Position numbers and translations under genes: made by a program
Source of the DNA: a virus
Taxonomy: Duplodnaviria; Heunggongvirae; Uroviricota; Caudoviricetes
Length of the DNA: 60,693 bases
Reading direction: 5' to 3' (one strand)
Virus record (IMG/VR): IMGVR_UViG_3300005077_000002
Span: 128,001 to 188,693 of that record
Part shown: piece by piece, positions 1-10,600 of the stretch
Numbering within the stretch: the first letter of the stretch is position 1
Layout of the letters: each line of letters opens with the position of its first letter
The notes under the pieces: generated by a model
What the model saw: the letters and a program-made list of their open reading frames with translations, nothing else
Databases searched by the model: none
Told to the model about the DNA's origin: nothing

Positions 1-37
1 TCGTCATGCTCATAGGTTGCCACAACTATTTTATTTA

Positions 38-48
38 TAGTTATGTCA
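38..48 (-). promoter_or_regulatory. Phage promoter-like motif TGACATAACTA
   Basis: Overlaps the stop of the 2532-aa gene; 24 nt before an ATG at 13 that runs off the window. Confidence 0.65.
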
Positions 49-3000
49 ACAATACAGCATCTGCACGTCTTATATATTCATCCATGGTGGCAGGACTTCT
101 GCGTATATTGCTGGTGCTAGTACGCTTCATTGGTTTAGGAGGTAATTTGAGATTAATTGGTTTGTCGGCTTTGCCTGGATTAGCCATACTCATTAACTTA
201 TCCAACAGAATAGGACTAGGTGGACGTATGGATACATGAAATCTGTTTTCGCTAGGTGTAGCATCTTCGTCTCTTAATTCAGGAAAATCTTCCGCCTCCC
301 CGCCCCTGCCGACAGGTTCAACTCCCATATTTGGAGACATAAACATTACAGCGCCAAGAGCGAGCAAACTTGTCTTGAGGGGGCCGCGCCAATTGGCATT
401 GATCATCTTCCTGGCGATATCATCTACAGAGTTGCGAATATTATCTACGCCGAACCACTCGCTGATGAGACCGGTTAAATCATTCTTAAAGAATAAAGAC
501 TTGGCAGCGTTGCGGTCGCCAAAAGCAATATCACCTGAATTCATATTGAGATAATCGACCCCGAGTCCAAGAGCTTTCTCAGCACCAAACCTGCGTATAG
601 CTATAGTGGGTGCCATCTCAGGACGCTCATCTATAAGGCTCTTTAACAATGCAGTTACCTTGCCGACACCTTCTTTTGAGAAATAATCTTTGTACTCTCC
701 ATACGGATTGCCAGTACGTATACGTTTGATCTCTGAGCTTGCCCTAAAAAGAATGTTGGCGTGCTTCAGAGCCTGGGTAGCAACATCTTCACCAGTATCA
801 GTTACAGCAGATCCGAAGAAATCTTCCGAAGTAATTGCAGCTTCATTAAGTAACAGGGTCGTATCTTTGCGGGCGAATTCTATATCAGATTCCGTAAGTC
901 GGCCTTTGCGCAGTCTATGGGATAATTCGGAAACATCAGCCAAATACATTTCAATTGGTTTGCTGCCGGTGCCTGATTTCTCCTTCATAATAGATATACG
1001 CTCAGATAACTGATTGTGCCAGAACATTAACTTTTCGTAAGCCGTTGTACGTATATCATTCTCTTCAACTGTTTTCATAAGAAAGTTTAAAGCTGTGCTA
1101 ATCTGATCATGAGATATTTGAGTACGTTTGAATAGTTCGTCAGCCAAATTCTTGTCCAGTTTTAATAGCTCAGACAAATGGGGTAAACCGGCCTGCGGAC
1201 CATACATAGATTCTATCATCTGCATGCTGGCGCCACCGATCTGTCCGGTAAACGCTTTGATAACAATACTCTGCTTTACATCTTGTACCAGGCTCTCGGA
1301 AACTTTCTCAGTCAGATCAGGAATATCCTTAGCTGTATCGAATATTATCGAAGAGGTATCCGCCATCTGAAAAACTTTACGATCACCAATGCTATCCATT
1401 TTATCCATCCGGAAGGGCCATACATCTTTCACCGGATGTTTACGCTCATTCATTCTAGCAACATGATGAAGTTGACGACGATGCACTTCGTCCATTACGC
1501 TAACAGATCGTAAATCTCCAAATATCTTGCGTAGTATCTGGTCACCGTCCAAGTCAGATCTACCGGTATATGCAGCCTGCACAGGGCTCATGTAAATGGA
1601 GGATTTCCTGGCAAGTTTACTGATACCGGCCAGATCCCATATCTCATCATCCAGCACGGACACCTGCCGGATTAAAGATACCATATATGTAAATGAAGGT
1701 TCTTTCAGAGAAAGATCAGGAAGAGTGCTGCGCCCATGTAACCATTCGGATAATCTTGTATTGAAACTTTCGTATTGGGATTTAGTAATAGATCCGGTTT
1801 CTAGTTCAGCAGTTAGGCGCTCAGTAAGAGTGGATTTGATATCTGTTGCTTCAGATTTTGTTATCACACCTTCCAGCAGACCAAATCCCTGGAATGTAAA
1901 ATGTTTCTTGTTTTTCTCGAGTAGCTTCCCGGCTTCCTGGCGCAACTCGTCAATAGTCATTTTAGCGACGCGTGCTGCTTCTTCGGTACCGCCATGCCCC
2001 AATGTAATAACATTGCGTAAGGCTTTTTCACTGACTATTTCAGGATTCTTAAGTACGTTTAGTAAGGCGGCCGGCAATTGCTGAAAGGATGAAGCATGCA
2101 GCTGATATTTATTAAGCCCGCGGAATAGATTACCTTCTTCAGACATGCGCTTAATTTGACCACCAATAAACGTTTTTAAGTAATCTTTTGTCATGTTTTT
2201 TAGAGCATCACGTTCCGTAAGCGCATCATTATATTCTTTCGTTGCAGCAGCGTCTTTAATCATGGCATTACCGGCAGCTACAATAGAGTCATGGAATCTG
2301 GTGTAAGCTTCCATAACGTCAGAGATAGACCGTAAGCTAGCATCTTTGATATACGTGGACATATTGAATTCTTTGAATTCGTGCGGCTTTAACGCCCCTG
2401 TCAACGTGGGTATCGGGATAAATCCGGTTTTAGCTTTATCAAGGCCGGCCTGCTGCAGCTTAATTTTCCATATATGCTTTTGTTCATCGCTTATTGGAGT
2501 GCCACCAGACAGCTCATTTACGATATCATCATAGTAATCAATGGATAAATCCAGCTTGGCCAGCATGTCTAAGCCAGGTGATTTCTTTATGGCTTCTGCA
2601 GAAATACCCATAGACTTTAGTATTTGTTCTCCAGTTTCAACCTTTAACAGATTTAACCTGGCTTCATTTGATTTGAATATGGGAGAGTCTTGAAGCGTAT
2701 CAACAAATATACGCGGGTCTTCAATACCAAATCTGCTGCGTACCTCTTCCGGCTGCAAGTTGTGCTGACGCGCATATTCTTCGACGAGTTCTTCAGTACT
2801 GCGTAAAGCACCGCTGGTACCTAATCTTTTATTTACTTCATTGGCAAGCGTTTCGTTACTAAGGAGCTTGCCGAGCTTCCTGGCATCCTCAAGGGTAAGT
2901 ATTCTGTACTTGTCACGACCGTGAATAGATTTGATGATAGCTTTTTCGTCGGCTTTGTCATAGTCGCTAAGCCACTCAGTGGCTTTAAACAATTCATCAA

Positions 3001-6000
3001 CATTAGATATATCAGATCCTGCATTCGGGCCTCTTTTGAGAAACTCAAGGGATTGCCTCAGCACAGATACTGTATCAGCTATAGGGCGTTCAGCCTTAAC
3101 ATTTATATAGGTAATACCAAGACCTTTGGTGATTATCTTTTCCGCATCCTCCGGAGTTGCTCCAAACTTTACAAGATTCTCTTCGAAGAATGTCGTGAAG
3201 TAAGCACGTTGCGCGAAACCGGCTGGCATTTTGGTTTCTGTTTCAACGACATCCGTTATCTTACGATCTACCAGATCGAGTACATCACCTATTACACTGA
3301 CTGAGCCATAGTCTAACGTAACCATGGATGCAGCCAACCTATTTCCGTATTTAACTATGTCAACATCAAACCAGGCTTCCACGTTTTTATCACCTGCTTT
3401 GAAATCGCCATTATTATAGTATTTACGAACTGACGTCAACAGCCTTGAATAAAAGTTCAGGGAATTGACTGCTTTAGCATGAGCTGAAGAATCTTTTGCT
3501 TGCGTGACATTAGCCTGCAATTCATGAATATGTTTTTCAAGCTGGGTTATGTGACGGCGGAATAATTCATCATAGGATTTCCATGCTTTAGACTTTTCTT
3601 GAGCGTCCGCTAACGCGTCTACTGATTCCTTAAATTTACTTTCCACATATCCAAATGTTAATCCAGCTTCACGCAAAGAATTAAGCATACCTTCTGCAGT
3701 TATACTTTTGTATTCTGCAGAAGTCTTTAGAGCCGACATTATAACTTCTAATCTGTATTTATTGCCAGACGCGAGTTTGTGCGTTACAACTTTAATGTTA
3801 TCCATGCCGAGAAAACCACGTATGCTGCGCCGGAATTCAAGTTCCATTCTCTCGGGATTAGAATTTAATCTGGGGTCCGTATCAATTTTTCGTATGATAC
3901 GGTTCAGCTGCACAGTATAAAACGATCCTATTTCCTTCCGTTTACCGCCGAATCTCATTGGAATAATCAATGCTTCTGTTCCGGAACCGAAACGCAAAGG
4001 TGCTTCAGCAGACTCGTCGGTTACAGATCCGATAAATACTTTGGCTGACTTGGTCAGATCAACACTAACTTTTGTACTGGCAGACACCTGGTTCATGGTG
4101 GCCATTGTTACATTGACCTTGCCAGTTTCCTGATCAAACCATGAATCAATTACAACAGATGGAACTTCAGATTCGTATCGTACCGGTGAGGAGTTAAACA
4201 TTGTACCGGCACGCCACATCGAATCATTCTTTGATATTAGATAATCAGATACTTTAGTGCCGTCAGGCAGTACGGCATCGATACCTTCCTTGGCATAAAA
4301 ATCAAATATCTCTCCGGCTTTATTCATGGAAATGCCGGTGTTAACTGCCGTGTGCTCTTTTGGATTTACACTAATCCTGGATTTAACAGCCCGCTGAATT
4401 GCTTTATGCAAATCATCCTTAACACCCTGGTACGCGGATGTGCCATCGAATATCTGTTCAGCAGTTAGTCCGCGCCACTTTAGAGGCAGGTCTATCTGTA
4501 TTGATTTTACATGCGGGTGGCCGTGGGAGTAAGTTGTTAATCCACTGTACGCGCTATTGAATATACCCTGATCATTATGCGTGCCGATAAAGGATTCCGG
4601 TAACCGCATAATCGGCATGACCCGGGCCGTGTGTAATCCACCTTTTTCCGGATCTGTTATATCCGGAAGATCTTCAGGATTACTTAGCAATTGGCTAAGG
4701 CGGGCAGCCTCTACAAGCTTTTTACCCTGATCAGTCGATAGATTATACCCTGGCATGTACTCTATGCCACGTTTAGCAGCTTCCTGAATAGCAGCTTCGG
4801 ATGGTTGTGTAAAATACCATGACGAGAATGCCTGGTACCGCTGACGCATCATGTTATTGAATAGTCCAAACGGCACAAGGTTCTGCATGTGCAGCATGGA
4901 ACCAATTAGTTTAGCGGCCTGTTGCTGTGAGCTGGAGAACAAGGATATGGCAAACGAATCATCTTCAGGAGTATCTGTTTTATAGAATATGCCGGGCCTC
5001 ATGGAGTCCATTGCACGGAACGGCATCTGCCAGGATGTATTGCCCTTGCTTAGTACATCCACGGCTACCCTGTGCATGGTTTCGTATTTAACCATGTCAC
5101 CGGTAATGGTACCAGATTTCTTTTGCTGCAGCATTAACAGGATGGAATCTATGGCCGTATCGAATGCGCCGTAGTGAGCAATTCCGAGTGCAGAATCCAC
5201 CGTAGCAAGTTTCATCTTACGCGTGTATTCATAAACTCGTTTTAAGTCATCCAGCTTTACATCATATTCCTTAGCTATACTTTCCAGTTCTGACAGAGGC
5301 AAACCCTCGGTAAACAATTTGCCTTGTTTAAGCACTGCTCCGAAAGCAGTTTGGTCTATATTGGTATAGCGTTTAAATGCTATTTCTAGTTTATTGCTGG
5401 CGCTGGGATCATTGATATTGAAAATATGTTCATTGAAGAATGTGTCTATATTATGATCCGTACCTTTAAATGGATCACCATTAAGATACATAGCGGCGCG
5501 CTGCTTTAGCGAAGCATACATAGCATACTGAGGATGTTTTTCATCCTTTAACAGTTCCAGCTGTTTTAGTAATAGCGGAATGTCAGCTTCACCGATATTG
5601 TGACCTACCCAACTTTGCACATTATGCTTGTGCGCCAGATCCAGCATAACGCTAAAAGCATCACCGAAACTGTTATACCGGTATCTGTTATTACCTAGTT
5701 TAGCAGGGGCACCTTTCAGTTCGTGCTCAATAAACTTATCGATATCTGCCGGATTAACACCGGCTTTGAATCTATAGAATTCTCGAATATCTTTGTAAGC
5801 CTGTTTATCCAGTGGATCAATCAGTGTATCCAGGACAGCGACTTCTTCCCAGGTTCTGGTATTTATGACCCGGGCTGAAAAGTTATATATTTTAGTACGC
5901 GGATCAGCAACAACTTTCTGTGAACCAAGCTGCTTGGCAATCATATCCGGATTGGTAAATTCCAAGTCAAACACAAGTACGTTGTAGTTGCCAGTGCCAA

Positions 6001-7639
6001 GCTTCTGCAGGGTTTGCATGGAAGGCACTGCACGTAACATCTTGCGATACTCACGTTCAGTAGCTTTGCCGACAGCCATATTTACATCATGGAACACTGT
6101 GGATAATGATGTGATGAAGTCACGGGGAGTGCCGGATACCGGTGATCCGAACGCGAAGACCTGTTTGTGAATACTGTCTATCAGACCCTGCGAACGACTT
6201 GGGTCACCTTCTTTTTCATATAAATCGCGCATGACATTATCAGACATGGCATACAGACGTTGTGCCGATAATGTCGTTACGTCCATAGTAGACAATGTGC
6301 TCGTATGACCAGTCTGTACCTGCAAAGGTGTTACGACAGGCATGGAGCTGGATCCGCGGGAAACAAAAGCACCGGACTGAATATTAATGGAAGCTCTTAA
6401 CGGATTCTTGCCTGGCACATCGCTGTATAGTTCAAACACGATGGACTTATGCGTGAAGTTGCCTACGTCTTCCCGACGCAGCAGCACACGCATTTCAACC
6501 ATGTCCATATTGGATTTTGTAACCAGGGCGCGCAGCTTATCCTGTGGATCAGCGTAATTAAAGTCAGCGCTTTTATCAGCTTGCTTCTGTGTATTCTTTA
6601 ATTTTGATTGCCATTCCCTTATGGCTTTAACGATGGATTCTGCCTGTCGTTTAGAGCGATCTTTCGGCAAGTTAGTTATACTTACAAGTTCATTCCATTT
6701 GTCACGGACCCTGACGTCATCATGTTCGATGAAACTAACTATTCTATCGCGCAGAGCAATATCGTCTAATCCGGTATTTATCTCGAGAGATGAAAGGCGC
6801 CATGGTTTTTGTCTGGTATTATCCAGCAGAGCAGCTTCAGGCTTTATATTACGTTCAAGATATTTTAAATAATGTCCGGAATCCTTGCGTATGTCATCCA
6901 GATGCTTAACATACGTTTCCCGCATACGCATGGCGGAGTAAGAGTCGCCTTTTGATGCTGCTTCATATAATTTATAATATTCATTCAGTAGCTCAGGAGT
7001 TAGATTTAGAGTTGCTATATCCTGAACTCTTACACCAAATGCTTCCTTGTAGGCCAGGAATGCGGCATACTTTCTGGTTTGTTCGATCTCGCCAAATACG
7101 GATTTCTTGGCGATATCGTTGATATACTTTGCTGAAACAGCCGGAATCGCGCCACCGGTACGTTTCGCATCGAACTGTGCGGACATAGTAGTCTTGATAA
7201 GTTCAGATGTTCGTACCTTAAGCAGATCCTTCATTAAATCTTCATGGAACTTTATCTGGCTGGCTTTAACTACACTTTCACTGCTGGCTGCTTTCCTTTT
7301 CTGCAGAATGTTTTCAGCAATCTTTGATTCTTTTGTCAGATCAGCATGCAGGGATTCAGATACTTTGATCGGCTGTTTTAATCTAGTTGCTACTGATTTT
7401 AGAAAATCAGCTTTCGGCTTGGATCCTGATATGGTTCGCAGATTACGCAGTTTAGCTGCAATAGTATTAAGAAAAGGAATATCATCGGCCTTTTCACCGA
7501 GTAATGTACTTATATCATTGGATACATTACGCAGGGCGTCCAGAACTTCTTTGCGGTATTTGGTTATACCAAGGGCTACAGGCAGTAATGTAACCGCAGA
7601 GATAATGGAATTACTTAGATCTTTTTCCTTATCAGCCAT
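41..7639 (-). CDS. Giant protein (2532 aa): putative single-chain two-barrel (DPBB) RNA polymerase with a DEDDh 3'-5' exonuclease domain; probably virion-associated
   Basis: SIYMSPVQAAYTGRSDLDGDQ resembles RpoC [20 protein letters not shown] (DxDGD at 1541-1555). STKVSVDLTKS...EALIIPMRFGGKRKEIG resembles RpoB GDKMAGRHGNKG...DIVLNPLGVPSRMNIG (~3925-4080). Exonuclease motifs VFDLEF / VGHNIGEADI / AHYGAFDT at ~5150-5980. Confidence 0.65.
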   Translation of the reverse strand: MADKEKDLSNSIISAVTLLPVALGITKYRKEVLDALRNVSNDISTLLGEKADDIPFLNTIAAKLRNLRTISGSKPKADFLKSVATRLKQPIKVSESLHADLTKESKIAENILQKRKAASSESVVKASQIKFHEDLMKDLLKVRTSELIKTTMSAQFDAKRTGGAIPAVSAKYINDIAKKSVFGEIEQTRKYAAFLAYKEAFGVRVQDIATLNLTPELLNEYYKLYEAASKGDSYSAMRMRETYVKHLDDIRKDSGHYLKYLERNIKPEAALLDNTRQKPWRLSSLEINTGLDDIALRDRIVSFIEHDDVRVRDKWNELVSITNLPKDRSKRQAESIVKAIREWQSKLKNTQKQADKSADFNYADPQDKLRALVTKSNMDMVEMRVLLRREDVGNFTHKSIVFELYSDVPGKNPLRASINIQSGAFVSRGSSSMPVVTPLQVQTGHTSTLSTMDVTTLSAQRLYAMSDNVMRDLYEKEGDPSRSQGLIDSIHKQVFAFGSPVSGTPRDFITSLSTVFHDVNMAVGKATEREYRKMLRAVPSMQTLQKLGTGNYNVLVFDLEFTNPDMIAKQLGSQKVVADPRTKIYNFSARVINTRTWEEVAVLDTLIDPLDKQAYKDIREFYRFKAGVNPADIDKFIEHELKGAPAKLGNNRYRYNSFGDAFSVMLDLAHKHNVQSWVGHNIGEADIPLLLKQLELLKDEKHPQYAMYASLKQRAAMYLNGDPFKGTDHNIDTFFNEHIFNINDPSASNKLEIAFKRYTNIDQTAFGAVLKQGKLFTEGLPLSELESIAKEYDVKLDDLKRVYEYTRKMKLATVDSALGIAHYGAFDTAIDSILLMLQQKKSGTITGDMVKYETMHRVAVDVLSKGNTSWQMPFRAMDSMRPGIFYKTDTPEDDSFAISLFSSSQQQAAKLIGSMLHMQNLVPFGLFNNMMRQRYQAFSSWYFTQPSEAAIQEAAKRGIEYMPGYNLSTDQGKKLVEAARLSQLLSNPEDLPDITDPEKGGLHTARVMPIMRLPESFIGTHNDQGIFNSAYSGLTTYSHGHPHVKSIQIDLPLKWRGLTAEQIFDGTSAYQGVKDDLHKAIQRAVKSRISVNPKEHTAVNTGISMNKAGEIFDFYAKEGIDAVLPDGTKVSDYLISKNDSMWRAGTMFNSSPVRYESEVPSVVIDSWFDQETGKVNVTMATMNQVSASTKVSVDLTKSAKVFIGSVTDESAEAPLRFGSGTEALIIPMRFGGKRKEIGSFYTVQLNRIIRKIDTDPRLNSNPERMELEFRRSIRGFLGMDNIKVVTHKLASGNKYRLEVIMSALKTSAEYKSITAEGMLNSLREAGLTFGYVESKFKESVDALADAQEKSKAWKSYDELFRRHITQLEKHIHELQANVTQAKDSSAHAKAVNSLNFYSRLLTSVRKYYNNGDFKAGDKNVEAWFDVDIVKYGNRLAASMVTLDYGSVSVIGDVLDLVDRKITDVVETETKMPAGFAQRAYFTTFFEENLVKFGATPEDAEKIITKGLGITYINVKAERPIADTVSVLRQSLEFLKRGPNAGSDISNVDELFKATEWLSDYDKADEKAIIKSIHGRDKYRILTLEDARKLGKLLSNETLANEVNKRLGTSGALRSTEELVEEYARQHNLQPEEVRSRFGIEDPRIFVDTLQDSPIFKSNEARLNLLKVETGEQILKSMGISAEAIKKSPGLDMLAKLDLSIDYYDDIVNELSGGTPISDEQKHIWKIKLQQAGLDKAKTGFIPIPTLTGALKPHEFKEFNMSTYIKDASLRSISDVMEAYTRFHDSIVAAGNAMIKDAAATKEYNDALTERDALKNMTKDYLKTFIGGQIKRMSEEGNLFRGLNKYQLHASSFQQLPAALLNVLKNPEIVSEKALRNVITLGHGGTEEAARVAKMTIDELRQEAGKLLEKNKKHFTFQGFGLLEGVITKSEATDIKSTLTERLTAELETGSITKSQYESFNTRLSEWLHGRSTLPDLSLKEPSFTYMVSLIRQVSVLDDEIWDLAGISKLARKSSIYMSPVQAAYTGRSDLDGDQILRKIFGDLRSVSVMDEVHRRQLHHVARMNERKHPVKDVWPFRMDKMDSIGDRKVFQMADTSSIIFDTAKDIPDLTEKVSESLVQDVKQSIVIKAFTGQIGGASMQMIESMYGPQAGLPHLSELLKLDKNLADELFKRTQISHDQISTALNFLMKTVEENDIRTTAYEKLMFWHNQLSERISIMKEKSGTGSKPIEMYLADVSELSHRLRKGRLTESDIEFARKDTTLLLNEAAITSEDFFGSAVTDTGEDVATQALKHANILFRASSEIKRIRTGNPYGEYKDYFSKEGVGKVTALLKSLIDERPEMAPTIAIRRFGAEKALGLGVDYLNMNSGDIAFGDRNAAKSLFFKNDLTGLISEWFGVDNIRNSVDDIARKMINANWRGPLKTSLLALGAVMFMSPNMGVEPVGRGGEAEDFPELRDEDATPSENRFHVSIRPPSPILLDKLMSMANPGKADKPINLKLPPKPMKRTSTSNIRRSPATMDEYIRRADAVLLT

Positions 7640-7641
7640 GC

Positions 7642-10600
7642 TTAATCTCTTAATCCTAGTTCGTTGATGTAATCAACGTTTGACCTATCCCTGGATACTT
7701 TTAAGTTAAGATTAATGGTATTGCTGCCACCTGGTATGTTGCGCACAACCACAGAAGCGTTGCCTAATCCAAAGTTACTCATTGCGCTCTGCAGCAATTC
7801 CTGAATATCATCCTGATCCAGATCTAGTAACTGCGGCTCTTCACTCTCTCCATTTATGTCTATAGGCTCTATATCAAATGGAGAATTACGTATTCTGTCT
7901 TCCTGCTGCCGCCAGCCTAATCCAAAATCATGTGCATCGTGTCCGTATGCCTGAATGGTTTTAAGCTGAACATCTTCCATCTTGGTAGCCGGGTGCATAA
8001 GCTGGCTGGCCATGGATGGATGCTGATACTTATGAAAGTAATCTTTCATGTCTTCAGCATACTTAGGTATGTCATTGCGGTCGCCCCATGTCGTTTCTAA
8101 TATGGCGCGCATCTGGGGATCAACCATTTTTAGGATGTTGGCTCTTTCCTCTTCGTCCGTGGTCTTTGCAAATGGGAACAAATATGGTTTGTCCCAGGCT
8201 GGCAATCCTTTTATGGACAGACCTAACATAGAATTTTCAATTTCATTTTCGACTTCTTTGTCATTTACCTGACCCTGGATAAGAGATTCAGCAACATCAA
8301 TACCCTGCCATGGTGATCCGAATCCTTTGTCAGCACCTAAACCCATCGCGCTAGGATTATGCATATGCCGTGAGTCTGCACTTATTGGACTCTCTTCACC
8401 TTTTAGCATAGTCAGAGCGACAGGGGAGCCCGCCAACATGGCTGTAAGCCAGGTCGGAAATACATCTGTACCAAGTACAGCAGATTGAGTATTAACTTCC
8501 TGGGCTTTAATCTGAGATACAGCAGTGCCTGCTACAGCATCAACAGTATCATCTATTTTATTAGTAAAGAAATTGTTATCTATCATCCGGCTTAGCGGAT
8601 CATCCTTAAGCGTGGTGCCATGTGTTTTAAAATATTCTTCTTTGCGTCTGGTTACTTCCCGGACAGCTCTATCATACAGGTCTTTATTAATATCCTTGGT
8701 GTTCATCCAGTTGTAGGCCCACAGCTCATCATCTGCACTGGCTAACTTATTTTTAGCCGCATTCTCTATATCGATCCATCGTTTAGCATTATTTTCAAGT
8801 TGAGCTAACTGCTCATCTATTGTAGTATTGACAACAGGATCTTGTTCTATTTTATTTACAAATCTTGCTTTACCTGATAACGTAGATTCAGTATTAGCAG
8901 AAAAACTACGTCTAACTGCAAGCATTTTGCTTATGTCTTTTTCTCTTCTTACTATATCATTTTCAAGTAATCTTACATATGCATTGTACCCTATTCTGTT
9001 TTGCACTATATTCTTTTTCCATAAAACAGATGCTCGCATAAGGGAATTAATAAGCTGATCATTCAGCTGATTATCGAGTTTTGGAAATGTTTTATTAACA
9101 AGCCATGATAATGCTTCTTTATTACTATTAAGATACCATGATCCTTGTTTATACTTTTCGGACGTATATGCAAATGCTTCTGATACTACTGATGTTATAT
9201 CATCAGTATCGTATCCTTTTGACTTTAAAAACTGCTTTCTTAAGTAATACTTGATTGGAGATTTTCTAAGGGCTGTATGCAATTCAAAAGAAATATAAGG
9301 TAGATCATGCTCAACTCTGGTTAGCATGTCATGAGCTCTTTCATGCATAATTATACTACGAGTTGATATTGCTTGTGATTTAGTAGCAATTAAATTCAAT
9401 ACTTTTTGTGGAATATTAGCAGCATATATTATATCTTTAGCATATTTTACGTCTTTATTGTGATCTATGTATGATAAGTATTCTGGATAATCCATTAACC
9501 GTTTTCCTAATGATACACCAACAGCTCCTGATCTACTAACAGCTGCTCTTCTCACCCCTAGTAAACCTCTCCACGGAGAACCAAATCCCTTGTCGGGACC
9601 AAGGTTCTTGGCGGCTGGATTATGAAAATGTCTGATAGCTGATGATAATGCACCAGTTTCAGCAGAAATAACTGTAGTATTATATGTGGATAGTCTATCC
9701 AGGTTACCGGCAGATTCTAATTTACTTATATCATCAGATGTACGTAGTACTTTAGATAGGTAAGCTTCCTTAGTTTTTGTTCCATGAATTCTTACCCGCA
9801 TTTTATCGGTCCAGCCAGAGAATTCTCTTTTTTGTTTGAACTTAGCGACACGATATAATTGACGGTCTCTATCGGAAACTATCTGCTGATATCCAGTAGT
9901 ACGTAGAACTTTATTCTTATAATCTTTAATTGCTCGATTAGTTATTATTATATTATTTGCTTTGTCCACAACTACTTGATTTATAGTAAGATCAGTACTA
10001 CGAAAGAAATCTTGCAGACTGTGCTCAACTCCTATATCAGCCGCTGTCTTGTTACGTATTAAATAATCTTTTGAATCAATTAGTGCTTGTTCTACAGAAC
10101 TACCAGTTTGTGGTATAACAAGAAAATCAATATCTTTTACATAACTGTCATCTAGTCCGGAGTATTTAGCTCGAGCTGCACCACCCTTAATAAATATTTT
10201 ATGACCGGTACTTTGTTCAAATTCAGTCATGAACTTTGATGCATTATTTATCTCTGCAGATGGATCTAATGCTATTCTTGAACCTCTTGGCACCCAATCC
10301 GGATTTACTTTATCCCTATCATTAATTACAGGAATGGTGTATTTATGCCCTTTTACTTTTAGAACACGTCTACCCTGCAAATCCAACATTATCTTGGAAC
10401 CAGGTATGGATGATAGCAGTTCCGAGTATCTGGCAGACAATTCTATATTATTTAGTGTACTAAAATAGTCTCCCTTAAATACTTTTTTGTTTCTCGATAC
10501 TGCTATTCTATACAATCTCTCTTCATCATCAACATACTTTGAATATTTTGAAAGCATTCGCTCTGATAGTCTTGCAAGTTTGTTACCCTTTGGCATATGA

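Noticed and set aside
6131-6152. FGSPVSG in the 2532-aa protein as a fourth copy of the cassette motif
   Set aside because: Only FGSP matches; the Trp and upstream GxDxG are missing, so it may be chance. Worth rechecking in homologue alignments.
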